A stretch of 64,000 nt of DNA from Candidatus Omnitrophota bacterium (GTDB lineage: Bacteria > Omnitrophota > Gorgyraeia > Duberdicusellales > 4484-171), in assembly GCA_016935525.1 (NCBI GenBank), contig JAFGQU010000002.1, positions 98,560 to 162,559 of the forward strand, read 5' to 3'. Below are positions 27,975 to 37,794 of the stretch, in pieces. How positions within the stretch are numbered: position 1 is the stretch's first letter; each line of letters opens with the position of its first letter. The position numbers were made by a program, and so were the translations under genes. A model generated the notes under the pieces. That model did not search any database and was not told the DNA's origin. It saw only the letters and a list, made by a program, of their open reading frames with translations.

Positions 27975-28789
27975 GAGAATTTTTCCTCAAAAGCACATTC
28001 TTTTTGAACGGATTGTGAAGGATTTAGAAAAAGAAAAGATTGGACATTGTGCTTTATATCAAACAAATAGGCCTGACTCGGTTTTAATTGGAACATCGCA
28101 AACTCCCCGGGATGCCGTTCTAACCGCTGTTTTCTTAACACGGCACGCAGAGTAGTCGATTCCGATGCACACAGAAAAATATCTTTTTCACGGTTACTGC
28201 ACAGATAAAGAGAGCCGGTATTGGTGGCAAATACGGTTTCCTGCCGGTTCATCAAGAGAGCGGCGATTGAAGCCGACCCCTCAATATGACTAAATATCCA
28301 ACTCAATGATTCTTGGGGAGAAAAACCTTTTTGAGTGAGGTCATCGAGTAACGCAAATAATACTTCACTATCTACCTGGGATGTGCGTCCAACAGAAAAA
28401 TAATGTTCCCAAAGCGCATCCGCATTCACCACAATGCCGTTATGAACCCCTATGATTTCATGGGTTTTAATCGGATTGTTATTATCATTTTCCCTCTGGG
28501 GCCCATTCGTCGCAAGGCGGGTATGGCCTAACACGACGATCGGCACGTTATGCCTAAGGCATTGCGCCGCATCATCAAGAATTGTGTTATATATCCGGCA
28601 ACGGATGAAGTCCCTGGAACGAAACGGCTCTTTATAAATTCTTGTCTTTTTTTGATAATACAGTCCGATCCCTGAAGCTTCTTTTCCCCGCGATTCAGAA
28701 AGAAGAAAAAGTTGATTAACTGTATTCTTGAATCTATTCGGTGAGAATTTTGCGCTCGGGGCAGCAATAACACCAAAAATACCGCACAT
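27971..28789 (-). CDS. class II (Ntn) glutamine amidotransferase domain protein
   Basis: 'MCGIFGV' N-terminal nucleophile Cys after Met, 'LGHTRLATNG'. Start trimmed to place the Cys at position 2. ATGA overlap with the WbuX-like gene. Confidence 0.55.
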   Translation of the reverse strand: MCGIFGVIAAPSAKFSPNRFKNTVNQLFLLSESRGKEASGIGLYYQKKTRIYKEPFRSRDFIRCRIYNTILDDAAQCLRHNVPIVVLGHTRLATNGPQRENDNNNPIKTHEIIGVHNGIVVNADALWEHYFSVGRTSQVDSEVLFALLDDLTQKGFSPQESLSWIFSHIEGSASIAALLMNRQETVFATNTGSLYLCSNREKDIFLCASESTTLRAVLRKQRLERHPGEFAMFQLKPSQAYLFDIKHNVQSFLFLNPSQSVQKECAFEEKFS

Positions 28790-28953
28790 AATTATATTCT
28801 TCGAAAAAACCTGCCGGAATTCCGGCACCAAGAAGACTGTTTATTATACCATTGTGCCCTTTTTTTTCAAGATAACCGCAATGAGCCTATTCAAAATCAT
28901 TGCGCCTTAAGATATTTTACCCTATAATAATTTTCCCTACTACCGATAGCACA

Positions 28954-29799
28954 ATGGACAATCTGTTACATGCGTTAAGCATTGACCTTGAAGAATGGTA
29001 CCATCCTGCGCTCGTAAAAGGCTCTATAAAAACCCCGAAAGAAAGTCAAATATGGGATTCTAGTAATGAGTTACTCACACTGCTCAACGACTATGATATA
29101 AAAGCCACTTTCTTTATTGTAGGGGAAATCGCTCAAGAACATCCTCAATTAATACACACAATTTTTCATGCCGGCCATGAGGTCGCTTTTCACGGATTTT
29201 CTCATACTCCTCTTTACAAACTCACCCCAGTTTCTTTTCAAGACGAACTGGTAAAAGCAAAAAACCTGTTTGGATCCATCTTGGGAAGTGCGGCAATAAA
29301 AGGGTTCCGGGCCCCTAATTTTTCGCTTACTCAAAAAACCGCGTGGGCTGTCGATATTTTAAAATCCTGCGGGTTTACATATGATTCAAGCGTGTTTCCG
29401 GTCACATTTCCTTATTTCTACGAGTGCGCCGGCGCGCCGCTTTCGGCATATGGAATAAACGCCTCCGATATTACTATTGCCGATGCGACCAGCACATTAA
29501 AAGAATTCCCGGTAACCGTATCTCAATTCGGAAGAATACGCCTCCCTATTACCGGCGGGACTTATTTACGAATATATCCGTTTTGGCTGCAGAAAAGGAT
29601 ATTGACGCACATCAGCCGACACCGTCCTTTACTGCTCTACATTCACCCCTGGGAATGTTTTGAACACACCCCCAGGATCAGGATTAATCCGATCGGACGG
29701 TTTTTATCTTATCATAATATACATTCGACCGTTGCCCGGTTAAAAATTCTTTTTCGGGCTTTCCGTTTCACGCGTATCGATACTGTGTTAGGAGTGTAA
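28954..29799 (+). CDS. polysaccharide deacetylase (CE4-like, PEP-CTERM-locus type)
   Basis: 'SIDLEEWYHP' and 'TFFIVGEIAQEHPQLIHTIFHAGHEVAFHGFSH'. Start set at MDNLLHA; the track ORF starts at 28900. Confidence 0.55.
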   Translation: MDNLLHALSIDLEEWYHPALVKGSIKTPKESQIWDSSNELLTLLNDYDIKATFFIVGEIAQEHPQLIHTIFHAGHEVAFHGFSHTPLYKLTPVSFQDELVKAKNLFGSILGSAAIKGFRAPNFSLTQKTAWAVDILKSCGFTYDSSVFPVTFPYFYECAGAPLSAYGINASDITIADATSTLKEFPVTVSQFGRIRLPITGGTYLRIYPFWLQKRILTHISRHRPLLLYIHPWECFEHTPRIRINPIGRFLSYHNIHSTVARLKILFRAFRFTRIDTVLGV

Positions 29800-29801
29800 A
29801 A

Positions 29802-31526
29802 ATGAATATCCTTGGGATCAATGGGTTAGGGATTGCTCCTGCTGCCTGCCTGGTTCAAGACGGAAGATTAACCGCAATGGCTGAAGAAGAACGGTTTACT
29901 CGAATAAAAGGCTCTTTCGGAATAATGCCCGCACACGCAGCCGGGTTTTGTCTTGATTTCGCACACATACGCACTCTAGACGAAATTGATTATATTGCCT
30001 TTCCTTGGGATACGCATAAATATCTTTTTTTTATGCCATATTTTTTCCTACGCACCTACCTTTTATATGCAAAAAAAACCGGCAGCGGATCGTTGATCCC
30101 TGCAATAAAAGAATTATATAAGTATCAAAGGGGCAACGTAATACGGTGCATTGAGGTAATGCTGCGGACTGCAGGGTTTTCAGGGAAAATCCCTCCAGTT
30201 ATTTTTATTCCTCATCATCTTGCCCATGCTGCCTGTGCATTTTACACTTCGGGTTTTGAAGAAGCCGACATTCTTATCATAGACGGAAGTGGCGAAGAAA
30301 AATGCACCTCGGTATTTTTGGGAAAAAACTTCGCATTACACCAGGCACATTCTTTCTCTATCCCCCATTCTCTGGGATGGTTTTACCAGAGCCTTACTGA
30401 ATTTTTAGGGTTCACTCCGAATCAAGGAGAAGGGAAACTGATGGGGCTGGCCGGATACGGGAATTATGATCCCTCTATCCATTCGTTACTGAAAAAGATG
30501 ATTTCTTTTGATGCTGACGGAAACTACCGTTACGACGCTACCTATAGTTTTTTAGGCAGCCACTCTCAAGGCACTGTCTATAGCGACCGGATGGTTTCCC
30601 TGCTGGGTCCTGCGCGTATTGAGCCGGATACCTTTACTCAGAAATATAAAAATATCGCGTTTTCAGCTCAATATATATTGGAAGAGATTACCGGTCGACT
30701 TGTACGTATTCTTTCTTCTCGAGGTGGATTTTCCGGAAAATTATGTCTGGCCGGAGGGGTAACATTAAACTGTAAAATGAACGGGGAAATAGCGACACAA
30801 GAATATATTGATGACTTATTTGTCCCTCCCGTACCGCATGATGCCGGAGCTGCTCTCGGTGCGGCATTATATGCGGCGAAAGAAAAAGGAGATCGGCCGG
30901 ACACCGTTTTTGAACATCCCTATTATGGCCCTGAATTTTCCGATCATCAGATTTATTCGGCATTAAAAGAGCATTCTTTAACATTTCAGCACGAACCGGA
31001 TATTGCCGGAAAAGTCGCGCATCTGCTTTTTCAGGAAAAAATTGTAGCCTGGTTCCAGGGGAGAATGGAAATCGGGCCGCGCGCGCTGGGCGCCCGTTCA
31101 ATAGTAGCGAATCCGGCAAAGGTTTCGACAAGAGACCTGGTGAACGCGATCAAAAAACGTGAACCTTGGCGGCCGCTGGCGCCTTCTCTTCTGGATCGGG
31201 AAAAAGATGCGTATCTCGTAACCAGCCGACAATCCCCGTTTATGGCAATTGCGTGTGAGATGTCCGCGCAGGGTAAAATCAAAACTCCCGCAGTAGTCCA
31301 TGTCGACGGGACAACTCGTCCTCACCTTGTCAGTGAAAAGAACAATCCCCGTTATTGGAAGCTGATCTCGGAATTTGAAAAACTGTCCGGGATACCGCTT
31401 ATTCTCAACACATCATTCAATATCGGGAAAGAACCTATCGTCTGCACTCCCACCGATGCGATCCGGACATTTATCCGTTCCGACTTACACTATCTTGCGA
31501 TAGGCGATTATCTTGTTCGGAAATAA
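29802..31526 (+). CDS. carbamoyltransferase, NodU/CmcH/TobZ family
   Basis: 'MNILGINGLGIAPAACLVQDGRLTAMAEEERFTRIKG' is the conserved N-terminus of the family. Length about 570 aa. Confidence 0.65.
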   Translation: MNILGINGLGIAPAACLVQDGRLTAMAEEERFTRIKGSFGIMPAHAAGFCLDFAHIRTLDEIDYIAFPWDTHKYLFFMPYFFLRTYLLYAKKTGSGSLIPAIKELYKYQRGNVIRCIEVMLRTAGFSGKIPPVIFIPHHLAHAACAFYTSGFEEADILIIDGSGEEKCTSVFLGKNFALHQAHSFSIPHSLGWFYQSLTEFLGFTPNQGEGKLMGLAGYGNYDPSIHSLLKKMISFDADGNYRYDATYSFLGSHSQGTVYSDRMVSLLGPARIEPDTFTQKYKNIAFSAQYILEEITGRLVRILSSRGGFSGKLCLAGGVTLNCKMNGEIATQEYIDDLFVPPVPHDAGAALGAALYAAKEKGDRPDTVFEHPYYGPEFSDHQIYSALKEHSLTFQHEPDIAGKVAHLLFQEKIVAWFQGRMEIGPRALGARSIVANPAKVSTRDLVNAIKKREPWRPLAPSLLDREKDAYLVTSRQSPFMAIACEMSAQGKIKTPAVVHVDGTTRPHLVSEKNNPRYWKLISEFEKLSGIPLILNTSFNIGKEPIVCTPTDAIRTFIRSDLHYLAIGDYLVRK

Positions 31527-31598
31527 CCAGCCGGGAACCTCCGCCGCTTAAGCTTATTCCCGCAGGACGGGTCGAAAAGACAGGGCTAAAAAACTACA

Positions 31599-32411
31599 TT
31601 ATTTGTTCGGCAGATTTATATTGAGCTCGTGATCTTTCATGCCAGGAAACTCAAAAGAATTGTCGGGAAGAAAATGGCGGATTCGATACATACTTTTTCC
31701 GAATACCCGTTTCAAGCGGATTTTCAAAGAGACCAACAGTGAACACATACTATTCAGAAACAAGTCGAAAAAGATCGGGCCGCGGCGGCGATAACGCGCC
31801 ACTTTCACATCATAAGAATTATCTATGCGATAACCGAGTAATCCGGCGATAACGCCGATCTCGTTCGCACAGGAATAACGGAATCCGATATAATAATCTA
31901 TCAGATCTTCAAGAAAACTCATGCTCAATATCTTAAATCCACATTCAACATCCTGAAAGCGATAGCCTCCTATCAATGACGCAAAAAGAGAAAGGATTTT
32001 ATTGCCTATCACGCGATGATAAGGATAACATGTAAAGTCGCGGCGGCCGATAAGGACGTCCAGATTATTTCTTTTAAAAAACTCGTGCATCGGGGGGATA
32101 TCCTGAGGGTCATGCTGACCATCGGCATCGATTGTGACTACTGCATCAGAGAGAGAAAATACCTGCCTCTCTACTTGCCGCAGAAAGAACTTAAAACCAG
32201 AAAGCAATGCGGTCGACATCCCTTTATTTACGGGAAGAAACAAGTAAAAAACGTTCGGTTTATCTGCCCGCCAGCGAGTGATCAAAGAATGAGAAGAATC
32301 ACTGGAACCGTCATTCACCACGATTAAAGCATCGACATATTGGATTAATCGTTCAAGCACGTGAATGATATCTATTTCCTCATTATATACCGGGACAAGA
32401 GCGACGATCAT
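31599..32411 (-). CDS. GT2 polyprenol-phosphate sugar synthase (DPM1/ArnC/GtrB-like)
   Basis: 'IVVNDGSSDSS' and 'TIDADGQHDP' are GT2 DXD-type motifs. Size and organisation match the ArnC/DPM1 family. Confidence 0.6.
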   Translation of the reverse strand: MIVALVPVYNEEIDIIHVLERLIQYVDALIVVNDGSSDSSHSLITRWRADKPNVFYLFLPVNKGMSTALLSGFKFFLRQVERQVFSLSDAVVTIDADGQHDPQDIPPMHEFFKRNNLDVLIGRRDFTCYPYHRVIGNKILSLFASLIGGYRFQDVECGFKILSMSFLEDLIDYYIGFRYSCANEIGVIAGLLGYRIDNSYDVKVARYRRRGPIFFDLFLNSMCSLLVSLKIRLKRVFGKSMYRIRHFLPDNSFEFPGMKDHELNINLPNK

Positions 32412-32435
32412 ATTGGCACAGGCAATTTCATATAT

Positions 32436-33875
32436 TTAATGATAGAGATAGTTAAACAGAGCCCAGCCCATTTCAATCTTTCTCATAAAATTTCTTAACA
32501 ATCCTGGCTGCCCCATGTGTTTAAATATATTCCTCACAATAAAATCGGGACGCATATAAAAACGCCGGTACGCGTATTTGAACATCTCTTCGATTTCTTT
32601 TTCCGATATATGCTTATCCCAGAGATGGGGCGAGAAATTCGGACGCGGACAAAGAGCGAATTCTTTCCAAAAATCTTTTTCATAAATTTTTTCCTTTAAT
32701 CCAAGTTCATATAATTCGGTCCCGGGAAAAGGGGTAGTAATCGAAAAATGCGCATAATCCGGGTCCAATCTGATCGCAAGATCTATAGTGCTCAAAATAT
32801 CTGCTCTCTGTTCTTCGGGAGAGCCGATCATAAAATACGCGACGGTTTCCAGACCGGCACGTTTTACTTTTTCAAAAGCGCGCTCAACCTGAGTAAGACT
32901 AAACCTTTTCTTCAGCACCTCAAGCGTCCTTTCCGTTCCCGCTTCAACACCAAGCTGGATCCTCTTGCACCCTGCCTGTTTTAACCTTTTTAATACATCA
33001 AAACTCTTGACGGTATCGACGCGGGTACGGATCCCCCACCGTAGGTTCAATCCCTGAGCAATGATCCTATTACAAATGTCCTCCGCCCGGGATTGATCTA
33101 ATAAAAATACTTCATCGACAAAAAATATCTCTTTTATTCCCAACCGGGAACACTGTTTCATCTCTTCTACGATATGGTCGCTCCTGCGAAACCGCACCTT
33201 TCTATTAGAAGGGGGATTATAGCAAAACATGCACTGATAAGGACAGCCCAGGCTTGAGATCATTGTCGTCGAGGGAGAGTCTTCGGAAAGGACATTATAA
33301 TATTCGGATATGGGAAGTAGCGTCCGGTCGGGAAAAGGTAATGAGTCTAAATCATACCCCTCATCGGGAGGCTGGGTCTTGATTATTGTGCCGTTTTCCT
33401 TATATAACAATCCCCGTACCGGATACAGATCGGCTTTTTTCTCCAAAAGAGAAACCAACTGGGTAAAAGGGATCTCGCCGTGTCCCAGGATAATCGAATC
33501 AATCGCCGGACTGGAAAGTGTTTCTTCAGGATAAATGTTCACATGAGGGCCGCCTAAACTTATATGCGCAGAAGGAGCATACCGCTTTATCGACTCGGCA
33601 ATACAATACACATCAAAAAGCGTAAATGATGTGGTGTACATCCCCACCACATCCGGCTTGAATTGATGGATAACACTTTCTATTTTTAAGGATCGAGCAC
33701 TCCTCAACTGTAAATCGATTACTTTCACCTGATGCTGAGTAGAATGCTTAAGATAAGTCGCTACATAAAGCAGCCCCAGAGGAGGAGAAGCCATCGCTGC
33801 CTCATCAATAATGGTAGGAAAATTTGATTTCGCTATATACGTGTTCGCTGGGTTAATCAACAAAACGTTCATCAC
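32436..33875 (-). CDS. B12-binding radical SAM protein
   Basis: 'DVVGMYTTSFTLFDV' B12 domain. 'SLGCPYQCMFCYN' CxxxCxxC. Confidence 0.7.
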   Translation of the reverse strand: MMNVLLINPANTYIAKSNFPTIIDEAAMASPPLGLLYVATYLKHSTQHQVKVIDLQLRSARSLKIESVIHQFKPDVVGMYTTSFTLFDVYCIAESIKRYAPSAHISLGGPHVNIYPEETLSSPAIDSIILGHGEIPFTQLVSLLEKKADLYPVRGLLYKENGTIIKTQPPDEGYDLDSLPFPDRTLLPISEYYNVLSEDSPSTTMISSLGCPYQCMFCYNPPSNRKVRFRRSDHIVEEMKQCSRLGIKEIFFVDEVFLLDQSRAEDICNRIIAQGLNLRWGIRTRVDTVKSFDVLKRLKQAGCKRIQLGVEAGTERTLEVLKKRFSLTQVERAFEKVKRAGLETVAYFMIGSPEEQRADILSTIDLAIRLDPDYAHFSITTPFPGTELYELGLKEKIYEKDFWKEFALCPRPNFSPHLWDKHISEKEIEEMFKYAYRRFYMRPDFIVRNIFKHMGQPGLLRNFMRKIEMGWALFNYLYH

Positions 33876-33894
33876 GATATATTTCTTTTAGCCC

Positions 33895-35460
33895 CTAGGT
33901 ATCGTACCAGTCCGGTTTCCTAAGACGCATAAATCCGGTAAGCCCTTCGAAATCTTTCTTTCTCAACATCACATCTTTTAATTCTAAAAAGAGCATCCGT
34001 ATCGTATTTGTAAAAAACCACCAGTAAAGTCCCCGTTTATGCCGGTAGGGCGAGAAAAGTCCTCGGATGAGCCAGTGCGGACGGTACAGCACATAACGTT
34101 TATTCAACTCCATATTCAATTTTGCCAGCTCTTTTCGGGAAAAACCTTGTTCGGAACGCAGTATCGGGGTAGACCAGTCATAATGGGTAAAATCGGGGTC
34201 ATCGATAAGACCGTCTTCTTTTGCCTGTTGATAGAGGTAAGTCCCAGGAACCGGAGCAACGGGATGGAAGGCGGGATAATCGATATCGATTTCAACCGCA
34301 TACTTGACCAGATCGAACATGGAACATTCGGTTTCGAAAGGGAGACAGGTGACAAAAGTCCCCTGACGGAACACCTGGGGATATTTTCTCTTAAAAAGAG
34401 TAAATACTTCTTTCACCATATCCCGGGTATATTCGGATTTATTCACCAGCCGTAGATGTTCGGTACAACCCCGTTCAATTCCGATCAGAGGGTGGACCAG
34501 CCCGGCCCGGACCATTTTCTTTAAAACGCCCATCCGCTCATCCCGCAAGGCGAAATCGGCCCGGATAAACGCCCACCATTTAAGGTCTTTATAATTCCGT
34601 TTTAAAAGCCCTTCGCAAAAAGCGTCAGTCCAACGCGGATCGACATTAAACGTAGGATCAGCCCAAATAATATATTTACGGTTATATTTTTTATAGACAA
34701 TGTCTATTTCTTCTAATGTCCGTTCAACACTTTTTGAACGATAATGCGGCATCACTTCCAGTTCGCCTTTTTCTATCTCAGTCTTTTCCTGTCTGCCCCA
34801 GAACGTCCATAACGAACAGAAAGTACATTTGTCGATACAGCCGCGGGAATGTTCCAATGTCGCACTTACTGGCCAGAGATACCCGAAAGGGGAGTATTTC
34901 CCCATAGGCATCAGATCATACGCGGGAAGAGGCAGATCATCGAGATTTTTGACTAACGGGCGTAGAGCCGTAGTGACAGGCTTTCCGTTCCGTTTATACG
35001 CGATCCCCGGGACCGCGTCCAGGCTTTTCCCTTCGCGTAACGTCTGGATGAGATCGACGACGGTACGTTCTCCTTCAAACCGCACGATAACATCGATAGG
35101 GAATTTAGTTAATGAATAGTCGACCATCCAGGAAAAGAAATGCCCGCCGGCGAACGTGACGGTATCGGGATTGATCTCTTTTACCAGCTTGTATAATCGA
35201 ACCGCTTCATGATGATATAACGCCTCTTCTCCCGCACCGACGATGTCCGGACGTTCGCGGCGGACGATATCGGCAAGGGCCTTCCAGCCGATCTTAAGCG
35301 GCGGACAGTCGATTATTTTCAACTCGATATCCGGAAAACTTTCCCGGATAGCGGCAGCAATACAGGGAAGCCCTAAAGGAAGAAGGAAATTGTCGGACTC
35401 GTTTATAAACGGCCAGAGATATCGCGGCGGCCTTATTAAAAGGATCTTCTTTGTCTTCAT
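33895..35460 (-). CDS. B12-binding radical SAM protein
   Basis: 'DIVGAGEEALYHHEAV' B12-like N-terminal domain. 'SRGCIDKCTFCS' CxxxCxxC. Confidence 0.65.
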   Translation of the reverse strand: MKTKKILLIRPPRYLWPFINESDNFLLPLGLPCIAAAIRESFPDIELKIIDCPPLKIGWKALADIVRRERPDIVGAGEEALYHHEAVRLYKLVKEINPDTVTFAGGHFFSWMVDYSLTKFPIDVIVRFEGERTVVDLIQTLREGKSLDAVPGIAYKRNGKPVTTALRPLVKNLDDLPLPAYDLMPMGKYSPFGYLWPVSATLEHSRGCIDKCTFCSLWTFWGRQEKTEIEKGELEVMPHYRSKSVERTLEEIDIVYKKYNRKYIIWADPTFNVDPRWTDAFCEGLLKRNYKDLKWWAFIRADFALRDERMGVLKKMVRAGLVHPLIGIERGCTEHLRLVNKSEYTRDMVKEVFTLFKRKYPQVFRQGTFVTCLPFETECSMFDLVKYAVEIDIDYPAFHPVAPVPGTYLYQQAKEDGLIDDPDFTHYDWSTPILRSEQGFSRKELAKLNMELNKRYVLYRPHWLIRGLFSPYRHKRGLYWWFFTNTIRMLFLELKDVMLRKKDFEGLTGFMRLRKPDWYDT

Positions 35461-36644
35461 AGGAATATCTTACGCAATTTTAAATAAAACCGGTAAAGTA
35501 TTTTCAATACGGTAAACTGCAATTTGACAAAAACGAACCGACGAAAATCCTTGTCCACAAAATATCTGCCTTCTTCCGGTAACAACACCAGACTCACTTT
35601 AATCCTCGGAGCAATACCGATGGGGATCTTATTCTCCATACACACTTCATACATCCGTCGGAATACGGGGATCAATTCGTCAGGTTGCGGTGGATCAAGA
35701 TGGGCAAAATCAGTACCTAGGCAAGGACGGAACACGCATACCGTAGATACGACGCCTCTCTTTGCGAAATATTCAATAGCCGCGATCGTACTTGAAACCG
35801 GTTCTAATCCGGCAATGATTTCGCCGGCAACCCTCCCTTTACCGAACATCTTTGAACAATATTCGATCGTATCCAGATATGTTTCCTGCGTGAGATACCG
35901 ATGTTTACCCGGACAGATCTCCTTAAATTTTTCTTTATCGAATACCTCTACGCAGAACGAAAGATGGTCCACTCCGAGCTTTTTAAGATTTTTATAATAT
36001 TCCCGTTCGGCGACCGGCGGGCATTGTACTCCCACCATAAGCTTTCTTTTTTTGACGGCTTTAATATACGGGCCCAATATCTTCAACTCGTCACCCCAAA
36101 GAAATCCCGTATTAAAATGGACAAAAGTGATATGTTCTTCCTGTTGAGCCGCAGTCACGGTTTCCATCACGTCTTCGACCGTTTTTTCAGTTTCCTCGGT
36201 ACTGCCGACATTGAGGCCTATTGAACAGAACCGGCAGTTCATCCGGGGATCCATTTGCCAGAACTCACATATGTTCGTGGGGTATATCCCCAAATAGGTA
36301 CCTTGCATCATTCCTATGCGCGACATTGGCTTACCGGCTTTTGTCTTCTGAGCATAAAACCGGGGACGGGGAGGGATTTTTACCGTACAAAGCTTTACGT
36401 TTTCTTTCTCGATAAAATAAGTATCCTTTTTTTTGTAAAGCACATACGGACTCTTAGCAACAAAATGTTCCTCTATCGGCACGTTTGCATAGAGGCCGTC
36501 CGGAAGTATTATTTCCAACCCGCTGCCTAATCCACCCCGCGTCCGGGAAACCGAACGGGCATCATCGTTTAATCTACAGCTGGCATCGATTCTTATCCCT
36601 CTGCAGAAAAGGTCTAGTTTGAGGAACCCCGGATTGAGCTTCAT
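35457..36644 (-). CDS. putative radical SAM-like protein with non-canonical cysteine spacing
   Basis: 'NICEFWQMDPRMNCRFCS' (Cx12CxxC) and a glycine-rich 'GEIIAGLE' segment. No B12 domain. 4 nt overlaps with both neighbours. Confidence 0.35.
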   Translation of the reverse strand: MKLNPGFLKLDLFCRGIRIDASCRLNDDARSVSRTRGGLGSGLEIILPDGLYANVPIEEHFVAKSPYVLYKKKDTYFIEKENVKLCTVKIPPRPRFYAQKTKAGKPMSRIGMMQGTYLGIYPTNICEFWQMDPRMNCRFCSIGLNVGSTEETEKTVEDVMETVTAAQQEEHITFVHFNTGFLWGDELKILGPYIKAVKKRKLMVGVQCPPVAEREYYKNLKKLGVDHLSFCVEVFDKEKFKEICPGKHRYLTQETYLDTIEYCSKMFGKGRVAGEIIAGLEPVSSTIAAIEYFAKRGVVSTVCVFRPCLGTDFAHLDPPQPDELIPVFRRMYEVCMENKIPIGIAPRIKVSLVLLPEEGRYFVDKDFRRFVFVKLQFTVLKILYRFYLKLRKIFL

Positions 36645-37507
36645 AAAGAGACCAAATAGGCGATGCTAAGGCCGATATGGCCGGTAATCAGTATACAATA
36701 CATATGCCACCAAGAAATATGGTTTTCGTTACCGGCTACACGACAGGGATATTTCCTGATAAGATATACGACATACCTTCCCCACACACTTAATAAAAGA
36801 AGCGGGAATACGCTCACGGGCAATATGTTCCATAGTATCCCTAACGGTATCATGAAAAAAGGGATATAAAAAAATGGGGCGATGAGCTTAATCGTTTTCT
36901 CCCGTCCATAAAGGACCGGGAGTGTTTTGACCCCTTCGCACTCATCACCGGCAATATCATTAAAGTCTTTTGTCGTGACCGCCCCCCAAAGGTAGAGTGT
37001 AAACATGAATCCGATAAACCATGGCTCCCACGTAAAAATCGTCTTTTTTATACTCCATCCGGCAAGGATTACACCCGCCCCGCGAGGAAATGCGATCGCG
37101 AGATTGTTTAAAAAAGGCTTCTTTTTACTCCGCAACGGAGGAGCTGAATAGAAAAAGGTAAATAGCGATCCGCATATAATAAGCAAAAAGAATCTTAACC
37201 CCACGCTCCCGGCAAGGGAAAAACTTACGATATAAAGGGTTATGGCAAATATCAACGCCTGAGACCGTAAGATCCTTTTGGAAGGGATAGGCCTTTGCGG
37301 CTTATTAATTGCATCCGCTTCGTAGTCAAAATACTGGTTAATGACATTAGAGGCGGCATTAAGAAACATCCCGGCACATGCCCCTATAATTACCTTCACA
37401 TCAGGGAAATTTCTCGATGCGATTATTCCTCCGGCGATTACCCCGCTCACCGGAGCCAGAAGGGTAAAAGGGCGGACAAGTTCTACATAAATTTTATATA
37501 TGCCCAC
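36641..37507 (-). CDS. UbiA-family prenyltransferase, DGGGPS/chlorophyll-synthase-like
   Basis: 'NQYFDYEADAINKPQRPIPS' matches the NDxxDxxxD motif, with the RPIPS extension typical of DGGGP synthase and chlorophyll synthase. Second DxxxD in 'FNDIAGDE'. Eight to nine TM helices. Confidence 0.75.
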   Translation of the reverse strand: MGIYKIYVELVRPFTLLAPVSGVIAGGIIASRNFPDVKVIIGACAGMFLNAASNVINQYFDYEADAINKPQRPIPSKRILRSQALIFAITLYIVSFSLAGSVGLRFFLLIICGSLFTFFYSAPPLRSKKKPFLNNLAIAFPRGAGVILAGWSIKKTIFTWEPWFIGFMFTLYLWGAVTTKDFNDIAGDECEGVKTLPVLYGREKTIKLIAPFFYIPFFMIPLGILWNILPVSVFPLLLLSVWGRYVVYLIRKYPCRVAGNENHISWWHMYCILITGHIGLSIAYLVSL

Positions 37508-37794
37508 TTTTTTAGATGTACTTTATCTCAACGTATACGCTAAGCCTTAAAAATATATTTAAAATCATTGTACTGGGTTCGATTTGAGTGTCAAGCCAGC
37601 TATTGCCTCAGGATCGACCGGCAGATCATCTGTCCGCTGCTCTTCGGTGTGGTTTCTATCTCCCTGCCGGACATAGACAATCTCTTGCATACAATATCCC
37701 AAATATGATACTATGATGACAATGTTTTATTACACGCATCGTCATTACCGGAGGAACCATATTTCTACTTAATCCTTATTCCTATCGGAGAAAT

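Noticed and set aside
31527-31598. Possible bidirectional terminator in the convergent gap between the carbamoyltransferase and GT2 genes
   Set aside because: I found no convincing GC-rich hairpin followed by a T-run on either strand by eye. It would need a terminator-prediction tool.
37508-37794. Sigma70-like hexamers (TTGCAT ... TATGAT/TACTAT) upstream of the GT2 gene at 37795
   Set aside because: The spacing is either 13 or 18 nt depending on the -10 chosen and neither is a good match. Too weak to annotate without transcription start data.
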